From the NCBI GenBank assembly GCA_013239625.1, contig MU053559.1, positions 620,001-684,000 of the forward strand: a stretch of 64,000 nucleotides of DNA, read 5' to 3'. The stretch comes from Lama guanicoe (Eukaryota). The position numbers and the translations under genes are program-made. This document shows positions 12,120 through 25,880 of the stretch, in pieces (the first letter of the stretch is position 1; each line of letters opens with the position of its first letter). Below the pieces are notes generated by a model. That model was given only the letters and a program-made list of their open reading frames with translations, searched no databases and was not told where the DNA came from.

Positions 12120-12680
12120 TGTAGGGAAGGAAAAAAATATTTTCTTTCTACCATTCTAGGTTCTTGGCTGGGGTTCTGTAACAAATGACAGATTAATAAG
12201 AGAAGAACAAACAGAAGTTTATTAATATGTGTATCTCATATACAGATAGGAGAGACTTAGGGGTGATAACTCAAAGGGATGGCCAGAGCACAAATTTATA
12301 TAGCAATTTGGGCTAAAACAAAGGAAAAAGGAGTTTTGGGCTTCTGATTGGGAGGCAAGGTATGGGAAGGTGACCAGGGCAAGTTTGGTAAACAAGGATA
12401 AGGTTTGTTATGCAGATTTAAGTCGGAGCTTTCTCCGTTGATCAGAGTTTCTAGTGATTTAGAGTCATCCTTCTCTTCCGAGTACAGAGAGAGTGATACT
12501 CTGACACTCTTACAAATGGAGATTTCCTTTATAAATGTAAATTTCCCTTACAAAACAGTAGCTTTTACGCTCTTTCCAGAGCTTCTCCTGTGTCTGCTGT
12601 TTCTCAGAATAATCAGCTTCAAGTAATCTTTATGCCAAAGAAGCATATTTGGTGGTCACATATTCTGGTCTCCTACCACA
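12120..12680 (-). mobile_element. ERV1-class solo LTR (MER41-like)
   Basis: Starts tgtagggaagg, ends ggtctcctacca; aataaa on - strand at about 12218; subfamily from recall only. Confidence 0.55.
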
Positions 12681-12799
12681 TGCAACAAATTAAAAGTAAC
12701 TATCCTTTAATATATAACAAAGCTTTTGCAAATCAGTAAGAGAAGCTGGAGCAACTCAATGAAAAAAAATGTGTTCAGGCAATGGCATTACTTCACAGT

Positions 12800-13400
12800 A
12801 CAGCACAAAGGGATCAAGAAGTAGAAAGTCTGAAAGGAAAACAAAAATAAAGGAAATGGAGAATAGATCCCAGAATTTTCAGCGCTCGTCTAATAGGAGT
12901 TCCAGACAGAGAGAATAGAAAGATTGGAAAGAAGGTAATACGTGAAGAAATAATGTTCTAGAATTTTCTGAGCTGAAGAGAGACATGAATCTTCAAACTG
13001 AAAAAAGACACTAAGTTCTGGACAAGATTCAAACACACACACATATCCTAGAAATAAAATTTTTAGGTTAAAGATAAAATCTTAAAGGATAAAGAGAAAA
13101 TCTTGAGTAGTTCCAGAGTGAAAAGAGAGCAGAAAGAATACAATGGAGAAGATCTTCGAAGAGCTGATGAGAAATTACTTTGAACCTAGATTCCTAGATT
13201 TCTGTATATTTCAGAAAGTTCATCATACATGTACACTTTCTGAAAGGATGATAAGGGAGTGTGATTCAGCAAGAAGGGGAAAAATGGATTTAGGAGGAAG
13301 GATGGAGTTCCAACAAAGCAGTGGTGAGGGGAAAAACAGTAAAATTTAAAATCTAAATAAGGTTGATCATAAATTTTAAAAATTACAATCTTGACCTAAA
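12800..13400 (+). mobile_element. Old L1 ORF1 remnant
   Basis: ctaataggagttccaga..agagaatagaa..gaagaaataatg..gaattttctgagctgaagagagacatgaatcttca. Confidence 0.6.
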
Positions 13401-13499
13401 ATTTCAGGTAGTATAAACAGGGAAGATGAGGGAAGGGACAGAAAAGAGAAGAGAAGTTTTTGTGATATTTAAGGGATGGATATAGATGCTAATTAATGG

Positions 13500-13785
13500 T
13501 AGATTATAGAGTAATTAAGAGCACTCGATTTTAGAGTGCAAATTCTGGAGTCAGAAGGCATGGGTTCAAATTTTGGCCTCTCAATTTATTGGCTGTGTGG
13601 CCTTATATAAGTCACAAAACCCTTCTGTGCCTGTCTACCCAACAGTAAACTGGGGATAACTAGGGTATCTAACTCACTGGATTGCTATGATGATTAAATG
13701 GGTTGGTATATTAGAAACAGTTGGAACAGCACCTGTCATGTGGTAAGTGCTGTATTTATTTTAGTTATTATTGCTGTTGTTAGTC
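13500..13785 (+). mobile_element. MIR SINE
   Basis: ctggagtcaga..tgggttcaaat..gctgtgtggcctta..ttctgtgcct core; other MIRs near 36480-36740, 46520-46650 and 50630-50790. Confidence 0.7.
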
Positions 13786-14124
13786 ATGATTTAAAATGGC
13801 TGCTAAAATGCAAAGGCATATCTGCTTCTAGATGAAGATGGTGAACCAGCACTAGCTGTTGGCTTCCTTCCCCCAACCTAACCCTGCAGACTCCACAGAA
13901 GAGGTGAGAAGGGGATTGGACCTCAGAATAATTCCCAGCAATAAAACTCTTCATCTTTCTAATTGCATCTCTTTCTCTCCTCTGATTTTCTAGAAGGCTC
14001 ATTACCTGTCCTATAGACACCACAGAGCAGAAAAGCGGCAGGGCTGACCCAGTACCAGTCTGAAGTGGCCTGGTCACATCAAGGCATAGTGAGGTTGGAA
14101 AGCTCATCTAAAAAGTGCAATCAG

Positions 14125-14755
14125 AGATGAATGGATAAAGAAGTTGTGGTATATTTATACAATGGAATACTACTCAGCCATAAAAAAGAATAAAATAATG
14201 CCACTTGCAGCAACATGGATAGAACTGGAGATCATCATTCTAAGTGAAGTAAGCCAGAAAGAGAAAGAAAAATGCCATATGATATCACTTATATGTAGAA
14301 TCTAAAAAAAAAAGACACAAATGAACTTATTTACAAAACAGAGACAGACTCAAGCATAGAACATAGACATAGACTCAGACATAGACAGACATAGAAAACA
14401 AATTTATGGTTGCCAGGGGCATGGTGGGTGGGAAGAGATAAACTGGGAGTTTGAGATTTGCAGATACTAACTATTATATATAAAATAAACAACAAGGTCC
14501 TACTGTATGGCACAGGGAACTATATTCAGTATCTTATAGTAAGCTATAATGAAAAAGAATATGAATATATGTATGCTCATGTATGACTGAAACATTATAT
14601 TGTATACCAGAAATTGACACAACATTGTAAACTGACTACACTTCAATAAAAAAAAATATATATATATACCAAAAAAATGGAAGAAGAAATAAATAACAAC
14701 AACAACAACAACAAAAACCCCATGAAATAAAAAAACAAAAACGACAAAAAAAGAA
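14125..14755 (+). mobile_element. L1 3' end with A-rich tail and TSD aaaaagtgc(aa/gg)tcag
   Basis: gatgaatggataaagaagttgtgg...ggaatactactcagccataaaaaagaat. Confidence 0.85.
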
Positions 14756-15436
14756 AAAGTGCGGTCAGGCTGGCTAGTAACTATCCATTCCTCCTAGCCC
14801 TCCCCTCCACCTGCTGGGCTAGGCAATTACAACAAATTACATCTCCGATTCCTCTACCCTCCTCTACACAACCCCTAGACACAGTGAAATATAAGATTAT
14901 GAAAGATAAGCAAAAATCATGTTGAAGACGTCCAGAGAGAAATAGCGGTTTACCTACAAAGGAAGAATAATTAAACTGACATCAGATCTCTCAAACACCA
15001 CCATAGAGGCAAGGGGACAGTGGTGTCACATCTCCAAAGCGTTGAAAGAAAGGGCCTTTTCTAGGGTGGAATAAAGATAGTCTCAGGCAGGCAGGGTCTC
15101 AGAAGGTTTAAGACAGAAAAAAAACACAAGCATTAAAAGACAGGACAGCAGCACAATTAATAAATGATGAAGGAGAATTTGGGGGCATTTGCTCAATGAA
15201 TTAAGACTCAGCTTTAAGCATTCACTATTGGTATGACATTTAAGTTTTTTTTTCTCCCCAGGTGAGTATTATATTAAATTTTAAAATTCATTTTATTCTA
15301 ATTCTGGTGATTGCTTTACTATGGACTTACCTGGATGTTTAGGCAGCTACAAACTACCCAGAGAAAGGCAGAAATGGCAGTGGAGATAATTAAAGAATGG
15401 GAATATAACTATAAAAGAGTAACCAAAGGGGAAATT

Positions 15437-16240
15437 TGTCAGGGCAAATAGACACAAAATTGCATTTTCCCTGTTTTCAAAAGTGAAAGAGTCTTCCGCT
15501 CCTTCACTTCTTTTCCCAAGCATTTCCTTGAGAAACCTAGGCTTTCCTCGTCCTCTTTGATATGTATGTACATATTTTTAAAAGCTAAATAAGCCTCTTG
15601 CCAGCCCTTAAACCCAGGAATGTCTTTCTTTAAGAGCCTTGGAGCCATCTCTTTGAAATGTGGATGGCAAGGAAGATAAGCACCTTGTCTCCCTGTTACC
15701 TGGGAGCTTAGCCTAGGCGCCTGGCTCCAGGCTGTAAGCACCTGCTAGTCATAGAGATAGTCGCTTAAGTTTTCCTCCGGATAAAGGCAATTAGCTGACA
15801 CAGGTGGCTACTCCAACTAGCAGGTGAATTTAGGACTTGCCCGGCGGTGCTTAGCTCTCACCCTTGGATGCCACTGTAAAGCCAGGCCAATGAACTGCAC
15901 ACCTGGGCTTTCTGGCCCCTCCCACCATTTCTGGATCGTATGAAACACTACACCCCAAAGTGTGGAATCTGGCTTCCCAACAGCTGCCCAAGGGGCCAGA
16001 TGATGCAGTGTAGAAGTGTGGGGGTGTTAATGCCTGTGGGGGTACATTTTGATCTATAAGAAGAGAAACAGAGTGAGCCAGGCAGGCACATTCTTCCTTC
16101 TTCCCTCTCATGCACTGTTCCAAGGATGGTTTCCCTGTGTAGTCTGTCTCGAGATATCCTATATGGTCCAAAGACTGTTTCCTTGGGAACCTGAGCTAAA
16201 ACAAGGGCAGTTAAACCCTTTAAGATGGTGTTAAGTGTTG
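15437..16240. mobile_element. ERV1-class LTR fragments (MER34/MER4-group-like)
   Basis: cccaggaatgtctttctt..ggagccatctctttgaaatgt..aagataag motif recalled from MER34/39-type LTRs. Confidence 0.5.
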
Positions 16241-17273
16241 ACTGTGGAGGACCTAGGTCTGGGCAGAGGAAAATTGTCCCAATAAGAAAATGGAAAATTT
16301 GAGGACTGGGGATAGAGGGAAGCAATACACACGCCCTTCACTTAAAACCAATCTCCCCTAGGAGGTGAAGGAAGCATATATTTTTCAGAGCTAAGCAGTT
16401 CACTGCAAAAATCACCCAAACTGCCTTTCTATCCTCCAAAAATATCACCCTTAATCTATTCTACTACTGGTTCTTCTATTGCTTCCCTCTCTCCCCAAGC
16501 CTCAAATATAATGAGGGAGAGAAACACATTTGTGGAGAGGGGACCACTTCCAGCCTGCCTGCTCCATGGCCAAAGCAATCACCCCAAAGCAAACAGGATA
16601 CTCAGATGTCCTACCAACTTATGGAGAGTCTGAACCAGTGATACCTTGATTCATGCATTTTATGAGTACAATATTCAGATAAAACCGTAAACCACACAAA
16701 ATGTTGTTTGAAGCATCATTGGTCTATTTCACAGACTCAAAAGCTGTGTTCCCATAGCACACGTGTCTCCCTAAGGGAGAATAAATCTTAATAGAGCCAA
16801 CAGAGGAAAGTGAGCTGGACTAAATCCAAGCAATCCTGGGGATCCAGTGTAGTTTTCTCACTGTCACCCAGTCTTCTTTTTGCCTTGGTCCTCTGCCAGC
16901 GCCTTCCTGATTTCTAAAGTCTAAAGTTCCCATCAAAAGTAGAAATGTTATGATGACTGTGGCTCCCATATAATTTCTTCTACAGTGTGGTTGATTGGCT
17001 GACTTTTAGTGCAAATAGCATTTGCCCCCAGCATTGCACCTCAAACTCTCTGTCTCTAATGGAAGAGTAAATTTGTCCCCTTTTCCAGTTGCCTTAGGTG
17101 TGAAATGGAAAGTGGGTCTGGCCACCTCTCTGAGCCTCAAGTCCCCACCACACTCACAGATTCTTGTGAGAAATAGAGGCAATAACAGACACATAAAATA
17201 AATCGAACAAAAAGGTGCAAACCGTGGATTCAATAAATTATAAAGCTTGATAGAAGACATAAAAAAAATCTTA

Positions 17274-17410
17274 AGGGAGGAGTGTATAGCTCAAGTGGTA
17301 GAGCGCATGCTTAGCATGCATGAGGTCCTGGGTTCAATCCCCAGTACCTCCTCTAAGAATAAATATAAATAAACCTAATTACCTCCCCCTACCAAATTTT
17401 TTTTTTAAAA
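17274..17410 (+). mobile_element. vic-1-like SINE
   Basis: tatagctcaagtggtagagcgcatgcttagcatgcatgaggtcctgggttcaatccccagtacctcc; flanked by aaaaatcttaa repeat. Confidence 0.88.
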
Positions 17411-17981
17411 AATCTTAAAAATGGAGACATAGCCCAAGTTCTTAGATAGGAAGACTCCACAGCATAAAGATGTCATTACCGGCTCCCCCCTCAACTGATC
17501 TATGAATTCAATGAAATTCCAATCAGAATCCCAACAGAGACCTGTTTTTTTTTTAAATCATGGAACTTGACAAGCAGATTCTAAAATGTATCTGGATGTG
17601 CAAAGGATGTAAAGAAAGACACAGAGGGAGGACTTGCCTTCTGGAAAGCCAGTCATATTGTGGAGCTATGGCACAGGGATCTGCAGATTAACCATGGGAT
17701 GAGGAGAAAACCAGGACATTAAGTTGAGGTGGTCCTCAGAGCTGTGGGGACAAGTGGGCACATTCACGGTCTACTTCCTCCCTTATGATGAAGACAGGAA
17801 CCCAGTCTCTCACCCTGTCAACTTTTCCCACGGAGTGCTGTACACAGTCAAGGCTTAATAAGTGCCTTGTGATAAACTGACTGACTTAGAAACTGTACCA
17901 CCCTTCTACTTGCCTGTCCTTGCTGAGAGATCGCCTCTGTCTGATGCTTGACATCTCTCTGTTTAAATACCATTCCTTTAG

Positions 17982-18212
17982 CCAGGGATTTCAACCTTGG
18001 CACCACTGACATCTGGGGCTGGATAATTTTTTGTTGGCGTGGGCACTGTCCTTTGCATTTGAAGGTGTTTAGCAGCATTCTTGACCTCTACCCCACTAGA
18101 TGCCAGTAACCTTCCCCCCATCAAGTCATGACAACCAAAAATGTTTTCAGACATTGTCCGTTGTCCCCTGGGGGACAAAATCCACACCCTCCTCTCCTAT
18201 TGAGAATCACGG
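17982..18212 (+). mobile_element. MER20 DNA transposon
   Basis: tcaaccttggcaccactgacatctggggctggataatt...tctaccccactagatgccagta...ttgagaatcac. Confidence 0.8.
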
Positions 18213-18562
18213 GGTTGAGCAGTTCCCCCACACCACATTCTCTTTCATGATGCCACGCTCTCCTTGTGGCTGACTTTGGAATGTTCACAAATATCCTAAC
18301 TCTCTCTGCTCCCAGAGGACCACATTCTCTCTCACCCCTTCGAAGGTCAGACTTGGCCATTTGATGAGGCAGCTCATGCTTAGCCACACTCTTTTCTGTC
18401 TGCCAGGTCACCCATGTGACTGCTCTGTTGTCCCTGGGTCCTGGCAGGAGGGTGTTGATAATGGGGACAAGCAGCATGAGTTAGAAATAAGCTCTGGTTG
18501 TCTGTCATTTCTGTATAACCCAATCTACTCTGAGCTGATAGCCCTCCCCACCAAAAGGATGA

Positions 18563-19380
18563 AGTAACAGAAAAAAAAATGTATTGGTCTTTGCCCCTGA
18601 TTCCTGACACAGAGCTCCTAAAACTTGTGTCATTTCCTACGCGATGAGAGCGCATCTTTTGTTCTAACGAGGTGACTCTGGGTGGTTCCTGAAATGGGGA
18701 TTGGTCACTAAGAAGACCAAGCCATGGTTAGAAGCTTGGAATTTTCAGCCCCACCCCCATCCTCCAGAGAAAGGAGAGGGCTGGAAATGGAGTTAATCAT
18801 TGATCGTGCTTATGTGAGGAAGCCTCCATAAAATCCTGATAGCATGGGGTTCTTGGAGCTTCCGGGTGGGTGCACACATCCATGCTGGCAGAGTGGGCAC
18901 CCCAATGCCACTGGGACAGACGCTCTCGTGCCCCCCCACCCTTCTGGACCTCAACCCAGGCATCTCTTCATCTGGCTGTTCATCTGTATCCTTTATCATA
19001 TCCTTTATTATATGATCAACCAGTAAATGTAAGTAAGTGTTTCCCTAAGCTCTGTGAGCTATTCTAACAAATGACTGAATTTGAGAAGAGGGTCATGGGA
19101 ACCTTTGGTTGCCAGCCGGTTGGTCAGAGGTACAGGTGACAACTTGGGACTATCAACTGGCAGCTGAGGTGGAAGAGGCAGTCTTATGAGACTGAACCCT
19201 TAACCTGTGGGGGTCTGTGCTAACTCCCATTAGTGTCAAGCTTGAACTGAATTGTACAACGCCCAGCTGGTGATGCAGAGAATTGCTTTGGTGTGGGGGA
19301 AAAAACTCACACATCCTAGAATTCTTGTGAGTGTGGTAGGCGTGCGAGAGTAAAGGAGAGACAAAGGAGTGCTTTTCCCA
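18563..19380 (+). mobile_element. MER21-like ERV LTR
   Basis: ggtctttgcccctgattcctgacacagagctcctaaaac...gaccaagccatggttagaagcttgg...gactgaacccttaacctgtgggg. Confidence 0.7.
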
Positions 19381-19809
19381 GGCATCTGGGATGGCCCAGC
19401 TGTCCATATACCCCTCCCCTGGTCAGGCCCGGGCCAGACGAGCAGGAAGCTTCCAAGTCACCATCTTCCAGAAGACCATGGCTCAGAGAGGACATCGCAA
19501 GGCTTCCCTGAATCTTCCCTGCAGGACTCGGAACAGCAAGTCACCTGGTGGACGCACACTGGGACCCTGGAGAAGGGCTTTCCAAACTGCAGGTTGTGAC
19601 TCACGGTCAATAGACTATTTTATAGATCCCAAACAGGATTGTATGTTTTTAATGAATTAGAATGAAATAACAGCACATCCCAGAACAAAATAGAAGACAT
19701 CAGAGGAATATCACGTGTATAAGGGTCAGTATTATTTTGTGAAGCATTTGTTTTATTTACTTATTTATTAACTTTTTAAGAATCTTCTTTCTTTCTTTTT
19801 TTCCCTTAA

Positions 19810-19892
19810 AAAAAATGGAGGTACTGGGGATAGAACCCAGGACCTCCTGCATGCTAAGCATATGCTCTACCACTGAGCTATTACCCTTCCCC
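19810..19892 (-). mobile_element. vic-1-like SINE (short form)
   Basis: ggaggtactggggatagaacccaggacc...ctctaccactgagcta. Confidence 0.85.
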
Positions 19893-20249
19893 TAGCATTT
19901 GTTTTAGAGTCACTTGCAAAATGTGTTCTTTACCATGGATCTTGGTGAATAAAGCTCAGAACTGTTTTCTTGTGATGGGTGTACTGTTCTCTCTCACATG
20001 TCCTTGCATTTTCTCTGACTCTCTGCGAGGAATAGGGATTTGCTTTATAATTGGTTTTTTAAAATATTGAAAGAGAAACAAAACAGGGACTGGATGGTTA
20101 AAAAAATCATTTTGGATCCTCATCAGAAGAGCACGTGCATCCACGTTGAGTCTCAGGCTTGGTGGTGGGGGAGGACCACATACAGGCTGACTTCTAGGGT
20201 CGGGCAAAACCATACTCTCCCTGAAGCTCAAAATTTGGATCTGTCACAT

Positions 20250-20330
20250 GGAGAAGGAGGAGGAGGAAGAGAAGGAGGAGGAAGAGAAGGAAGAATGGAA
20301 GGAAGGAAGGAAGGAAGGGAAGGAAGAAAG
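20250..20330. repeat. GA-rich simple repeat (GAG/GGAA)n
   Basis: Directly visible. Confidence 0.85.
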
Positions 20331-21714
20331 GAGCTCTAGCTACCCAAGGAACCTAAGGGAAAATGCTGCTTGTCGTGACTCCAGAGTGTTTTCAAGCCAC
20401 ACTTTCCTACATCTGTCTCCTGTCCTGGGGAGTCCAGCCAGTGGAGCCCATCTTCCTCAGGAGAAAGAAAAATCAAATTTTGGGTGTCCTATTCTGTATT
20501 TGCATGGAGAATAAAGGTACACAATGTCTATGAGCAGAATATTAAATTTGAGTGATGGAGTACAGTAGTGGGGTAAAATAGAATTTGTTTCCTCTGAAGC
20601 ACAGGTGGAACCTCACTGACCTGGGCAGCACCCACCTCTCCCTGAAGCACCAGGCAGGGTGTGCTCACAGTTCTTGGGGATCTCTGACCTCAGACCAGCT
20701 GACCCTTCATACTCTCCTTCCTGGCACCCTGTCCCTCCGATGGCTGGGATAGCCCTAACATGGCCCAGGTCTCCCTTGCCTCCTTGCTAGCATCTTTTCT
20801 CCCTAACCTGTCTCTCTGTCTTCTTCTTTCCCCACTACCACCAGACCCTGCTTCTCCCTCCCTGCATGCTCCTTCTCTGGGGTTCCCTGTCTTGGAAAAA
20901 TGACTTCACATCGTTTACCCTGAGATTTGGGGCAGAACTCAGAGCTTATTCAAATCTCTCCTCATCCCTCCCAAATACATGCCTACCATCCTAGGTGTCT
21001 CTGAAGACACAGTGAGTTCCAAGCCCAGCCCTTCCTGCACATGCCAGGTGCAAGAACTCTGGCGAGAAGCTTGACATCTGTCTGTGTCTCCACCTCTCAT
21101 CTATAAGACCTCTCCATAGCTATATGTAACATCTATAATGATGGTAGTGTCTACACTCAAAGGTTGGTTGTGAAGATAAAAGGGAGAATCCATATGAGAT
21201 GCTTAGCATCGGCCCAGGCACTTGGCAAACACAAGATGAATATTAATTACACTTTCTATGGTTATTATGGAAGGTGGGCTGAGAGGGCGAGACCCCAGTG
21301 GATCAGACCTCCCTCATCCTGGTCCTGCAGACGTTCTTGGCCTGGCATGCAGACTCCTGGGCCTGGGACCTGTCTCCCACAAAGGTATGAGCTCAAGTGA
21401 TAAGATGTTATTTGTCCCAGAGGATCAGGTGAGGATCAGGTGAGGACTCAGGTAAATTGGGAATGCCTTTGCTCCACAGTCCCTTAGGAACTGGCTGTGC
21501 AGGGAGGGTTACCCCTATGAGGAAAGCTCTGCTTCAGGGAACATACCGGTGAGAGAGGGTTTAGGTGGGTGTGTACATCTGTCCATACGACCGGCCATGC
21601 CACCTTCCCCACCTGTCTGTCATGGCCCGCGTCAACTCCCAGGTCTAGAGTTCCACAGAGCGGTGATTCTCTCAGGCATTACTCATCATCCTCCCATAGC
21701 AAAGTCCTCTTTAA

Positions 21715-22068
21715 AAAAAATTTTTTTTATTGAAGTAGAGTTGATACACAATGGTGTGTTAGTCTCTGGTGTACAGTATAGTGATTCAGTTTTTTATATA
21801 TATGTGTGTGTGTATTATTTTTCATAATAGATTATTATGAGCTATTAAATATAGTCCCCTATGCTATACAGTAGACTTTGTTTTTTATTTTATATATAGT
21901 AGTTAGTATTTGCAAATCCCCAACTCTCAATTTATCCCTCCCCCTCCTTTCCCACCCTGGTAACCATAAGTTTGTTTTCTATGTTTGCGGGTCTGTTTCT
22001 ATTTTGTAAATAAGTTCATTTGTGTCCTTTTTTTTTTAAGATTTCACATATAAGTGATATCATATGGT
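21715..22068 (-). mobile_element. L1 3' end with TSD catagcaa(a/g)gtcctcttt
   Basis: L1 3' UTR motifs and 18-bp flanking direct repeat. Confidence 0.85.
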
Positions 22069-23244
22069 ACCATAGCAAGGTCCTCTTTGGTGGGTCTTCT
22101 GCCCCCAAGGGCTTTAGGGGACCCGAGCCCAGGCCAGGCCCCAGGGCTGCCGTGTGGACAGTGATCCTACGACCCTGCAGCTGTCATTGGGTGTCCGTGG
22201 GAGAAGGTAGACCCAATTCTGGCCCAGGAACCGCAGCTCGAGGCTGGAGCCACAGTGACTGGTCAGAGTCTAAGGAAAGACTTGATTCTCGCCCTTCACC
22301 AGGAACCAATCATCTTTCGGTTTATGGTTCCTCCTGCCTTTGATTCAAATCTACTGGAGTGAGGGGAGGGGTCCAGAGGTGGGATGAAGACAGAGGTAGG
22401 GGAGATGGAGGCTTTGGCAGGAGGAGAGCCTGGAGGTGGAAGAAATGGGCCGTGGATGGTCAAAACAGTGCAATACTGCCTCCATCTGGGGCTGGTGTTT
22501 GACGTCCCATGCAAGTCACCTTGAATCTCCATGGGCGGCCTTAATGTTCCCCAACACACACGGTGGTTTGTTCTAGGAGAGATTCCTCTCTTCCCTTCCC
22601 CAGAGCTGACTGTTCCATCCTGTGGCCTGCAATGGGATGTCTGGGAGAGGACTGTCCCATTCTTAACACCTCATCCCCACCCCAGCCCCCAAGCCCTTGG
22701 TTGTGAGACCCTTGATGGGAAATTTCATGCCTCTGTCCAGTAGACTTTTCCATCTGTTGCTCCCTTGCATCATGGCTAAGTGGACTCTTCCATTCCTGTC
22801 CACCATGTGCCCCACAGCAGACCTCTCCTTTCCTAGTCCTCCATGTTCTCCGATTGACAGTTTCATCTCTGTCTCCTCCTGCGGACTCCCAAATGGACTG
22901 TCCCAGCCCCTGACTCTAAAAGCTTATGGAGAACAAAGGCCAAGGCGTCCATCCACCTGCAGAATCCTGCCCCGGGATCGGGGTGTACAGTATCCATCAA
23001 AATAAAAACTAGAAACAACCCCCACCTAGAATGTCAGCTCCACGTGTGTGGAGAGTTTTTTATCTTGTTCCCTGATGTCTCTCTAGCACCTAGAACGGGA
23101 CTCAGCACACAGTACAAACCCATCAGGTGTTGGATGAATGAACCCTTTGACACAGCAATTCTCCATCGAAAAATGTGTGCATTAAAGAAACACTCACACA
23201 CGTGCACAGGGTTGTGTGCACAAGAATGAGAGGAACAAACAGCC

Positions 23245-23782
23245 AGGGAAAGTTTGCAAATGTTTATTCTTTGTCAATGACTGACTCAGGCTAAATGAAC
23301 AACAAAAGTTTGTAACTTGGAGCATCCAATGAACAGTGAGAGAGACTTCTTCAGGACACGCTGCTAATGGGGAAAAGCAGGTAGGAGATGCTCACTGTGG
23401 TACCGTGTGTGTGTGTGAATGTAGAGAAAAACATGTGGAATCAAACACCCAGAACTGTGCTCAGTAACTGTCGCAGCTGGAGAGTGAGAGGTTAGTGCTG
23501 TTCTGTGCAAAGACTACTTAACAATACTTGCTTTTTTTTTAAAGGTATAGATGCATGAATACACAGAAATAGGCATTAGGTATATATCTTGCTTATCAAC
23601 AAAATTCTAACATCTAACAGAACGCTTAACACAGTAGCAAAAATCAGGTTTAACTTGTCATTGTTGTGAACTCCTTCTTTCACTTTCTAGACCTGATGGC
23701 CAGGAGTTCACAGCCATGCCCATGTTCATGAAAGGCCACCAGGTTCTGCTTCTTATCATGGGCACTTGTCACATCCCTGGGG
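23245..23782 (-). other. SSX: SSX terminal non-coding (3' UTR) exon, AATAAA at 23268-23263
   Basis: Acceptor ttccttgcctcag; start ccccagggatgtgacaagtgcccatgataagaagcagaacctggtggcctttcatgaacatgggcatggctg resembles recalled human SSX 3' UTR. Confidence 0.75.
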
Positions 23783-24227
23783 CTGAGGCAAGGAAAGAAA
23801 AGGAAAGTAAGTGGCGGTGAGCTCCAATTGACTGAGAAATTACTACTCATCTTCTCCTTGGGAACTACACGGCCCTGCGCACTCTGATGCTACCCTCCCT
23901 CATGATCCACACGCATCCCCCACTGCTCCTGGAGGCAAACCTTCTGTTCAGTGACTCCCCTACCTGCTCTCTGAGTTTCTAGGCATGGCTTACACATCAG
24001 GAGCTAACCTGGGCTTTGGGAGCCCACAGCCTCCTGAGCAGGGAAGATCTCTGGCAATTCAGAGCAAGGGGGTAGAAAAAGCCTGAGAAACCTCCTCATT
24101 TAGCCTCAGAGCTACACCACAAGGGACCAGGAGAGAGGAATGATGTGTGGAGCCAGCGACAAGATGGGCTACCAGTACAGGACATTTTGCAGGGATACGA
24201 GGATGGACTGGAGGGTAACTTACAGAA

Positions 24228-24328
24228 TTAGTCATCTTCCTCAGGATCGCTGATCTCCTCATAGATCACGCGGTGCTTTCTTTCACGCAGTCTGTTGGCC
24301 CAGACTTTAACTCTCTCTATCTTGGGTC
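24228..24328 (-). CDS. SSX: SSX last coding exon, SSX repression domain ([33 protein letters not shown])
   Basis: Hand translation; [25 protein letters not shown] signature; catag acceptor; TAA followed 4 nt later by gtaagt donor. Confidence 0.95.
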
Positions 24329-25043
24329 CTATGGTGAAGAAGAACTGGTAAACGAGGGTCAGGTGAGTGGGGGAGGGTTGGGCCCTGTTCTGTCAGATAA
24401 GGAGATGCCTCCTCCCGCCCAAGTGGCCACAGGCTTTCTCCATAGTCTGTTTTCCATACCTTCTGGCTCAGGGAAGCTGAGATGTTAGACCTGTACCAAC
24501 ACATACCCAATACACACCGTTCGCCATTCAGGGTTTTCGCTTCCAGCTCCTCCCATTGTCAGGTTTAGATTCTCAACCGCTTTATTTACCAGAACATTCA
24601 TTCAGACCTTCTTTCATTCTGCATTTATTTGTTAAGGGCATATTGAGTGTCAGGCATTGAGCTGAGGGTAGGCATAAAGTTCTGAGTAAGATATGTTCCC
24701 AGGGTATCCCAGACAGAATGACCCGAGCACCGAGCCTTCTAGATGTAATTGGACACCTCTGAAAAATCTGTGAACTATGATGCTTTACTTTCGTTTTATG
24801 GACTGGGAATTTGGAGCTCAGAGAATTTGGAAGACTTCCCCCTCGGTTACCTGAATTCATGTTGATGACAACTCAAGTCTCTGACTCTGGAAGTCATGTT
24901 CTAATGTCTCAGCGGGAGCTGAGCGAGCTTGCCAGTCCAGCCTGGACCCAAGCCTGTCCAGGACCCATCTCCCACGCCTACACCACACACTTGAACATGG
25001 CCAGGGAAGCCAGGGGAGGTGTTTCCAAACAGTTTCCTCTTAC

Positions 25044-25155
25044 CTGGTATCTCCTTAATCTGCTGATCAGAGCTAACTTCTTGTTTCACGGGGCACAGCT
25101 GTTTCGGAGCCTGTTGTGAGCCAGATGTTTCCTTTTCACGCTTCTCAGGTAGCAC
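25044..25155 (-). CDS. SSX: SSX exon (VLPEKREKETSGSQQAPKQLCPVKQEVSSDQQIKEIP)
   Basis: taataag / gtaaga boundaries; 112 nt keeps phase 0 to 1; SG.Q...K.LCP similarity to human SSX. Confidence 0.85.
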
Positions 25156-25730
25156 CTTATTAATGTGAAGGTCACATATAAACAGTATCAATGGCATTTC
25201 TCTAGCGCTTTAGAGCTTACAAAATGTCTTCACATTTAGTGCTTTAATTAAAATTCTCAGCAACTCTGGAAGATCGTTCTATTATCTGTACCTACATTAT
25301 GAGGAACTGGGAAGTTAGAAGGAAAGGGAAAGGTCTAAATGAAGGGGGTTTCAAGGACTAGAAATCTCGTCTTCCAGCTCTTTCCAGACTGACTCGCAAA
25401 CAGCAGAAGTTTCCACATAAGCAAGAGTGTGGTATACGGAAGATTTGGGGAAGTAGACCATTTTAAGAACCCACGAGGTCTGCGAAAGCAAGACGAGGCT
25501 TCTATAAAATATAAGGGATCGAATATAAGCTAGCGAACAGTTGAGAGTAAATGAAAAATGTACAGAGGGGACAAAAGACTGCTGGAAAATAGTGTGGGGG
25601 AGATGAACATAGGGAAAGGAGAAGAAAGGAATGGTTTACAGGAATTAGTGCAGATAGCAGGGAAAGTAGTGCCAGATGTGACCTAGCGTCCTACCCCGGC
25701 AAGCACACTTAATGTGGAATTAGGAGAGGT

Positions 25731-25880
25731 GGGGGAGGGCATAGCTCAGTGGTAGAGCAAATGCTTAACATGCATGAGGTCCTGGATTCAATCCCTAGTA
25801 CCTCCATTAAAAATAAATATATAAACACATAAACCTAGTTATCCCCCTCAAACCCCCCAGAAACAAAGGAAAAAAAAGGG
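25731..25880 (+). mobile_element. vic-1-like SINE in an SSX intron, perfect TSD gaattaggagaggt
   Basis: tRNA head; identical direct repeats at about 25718 and 25886. Confidence 0.88.
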
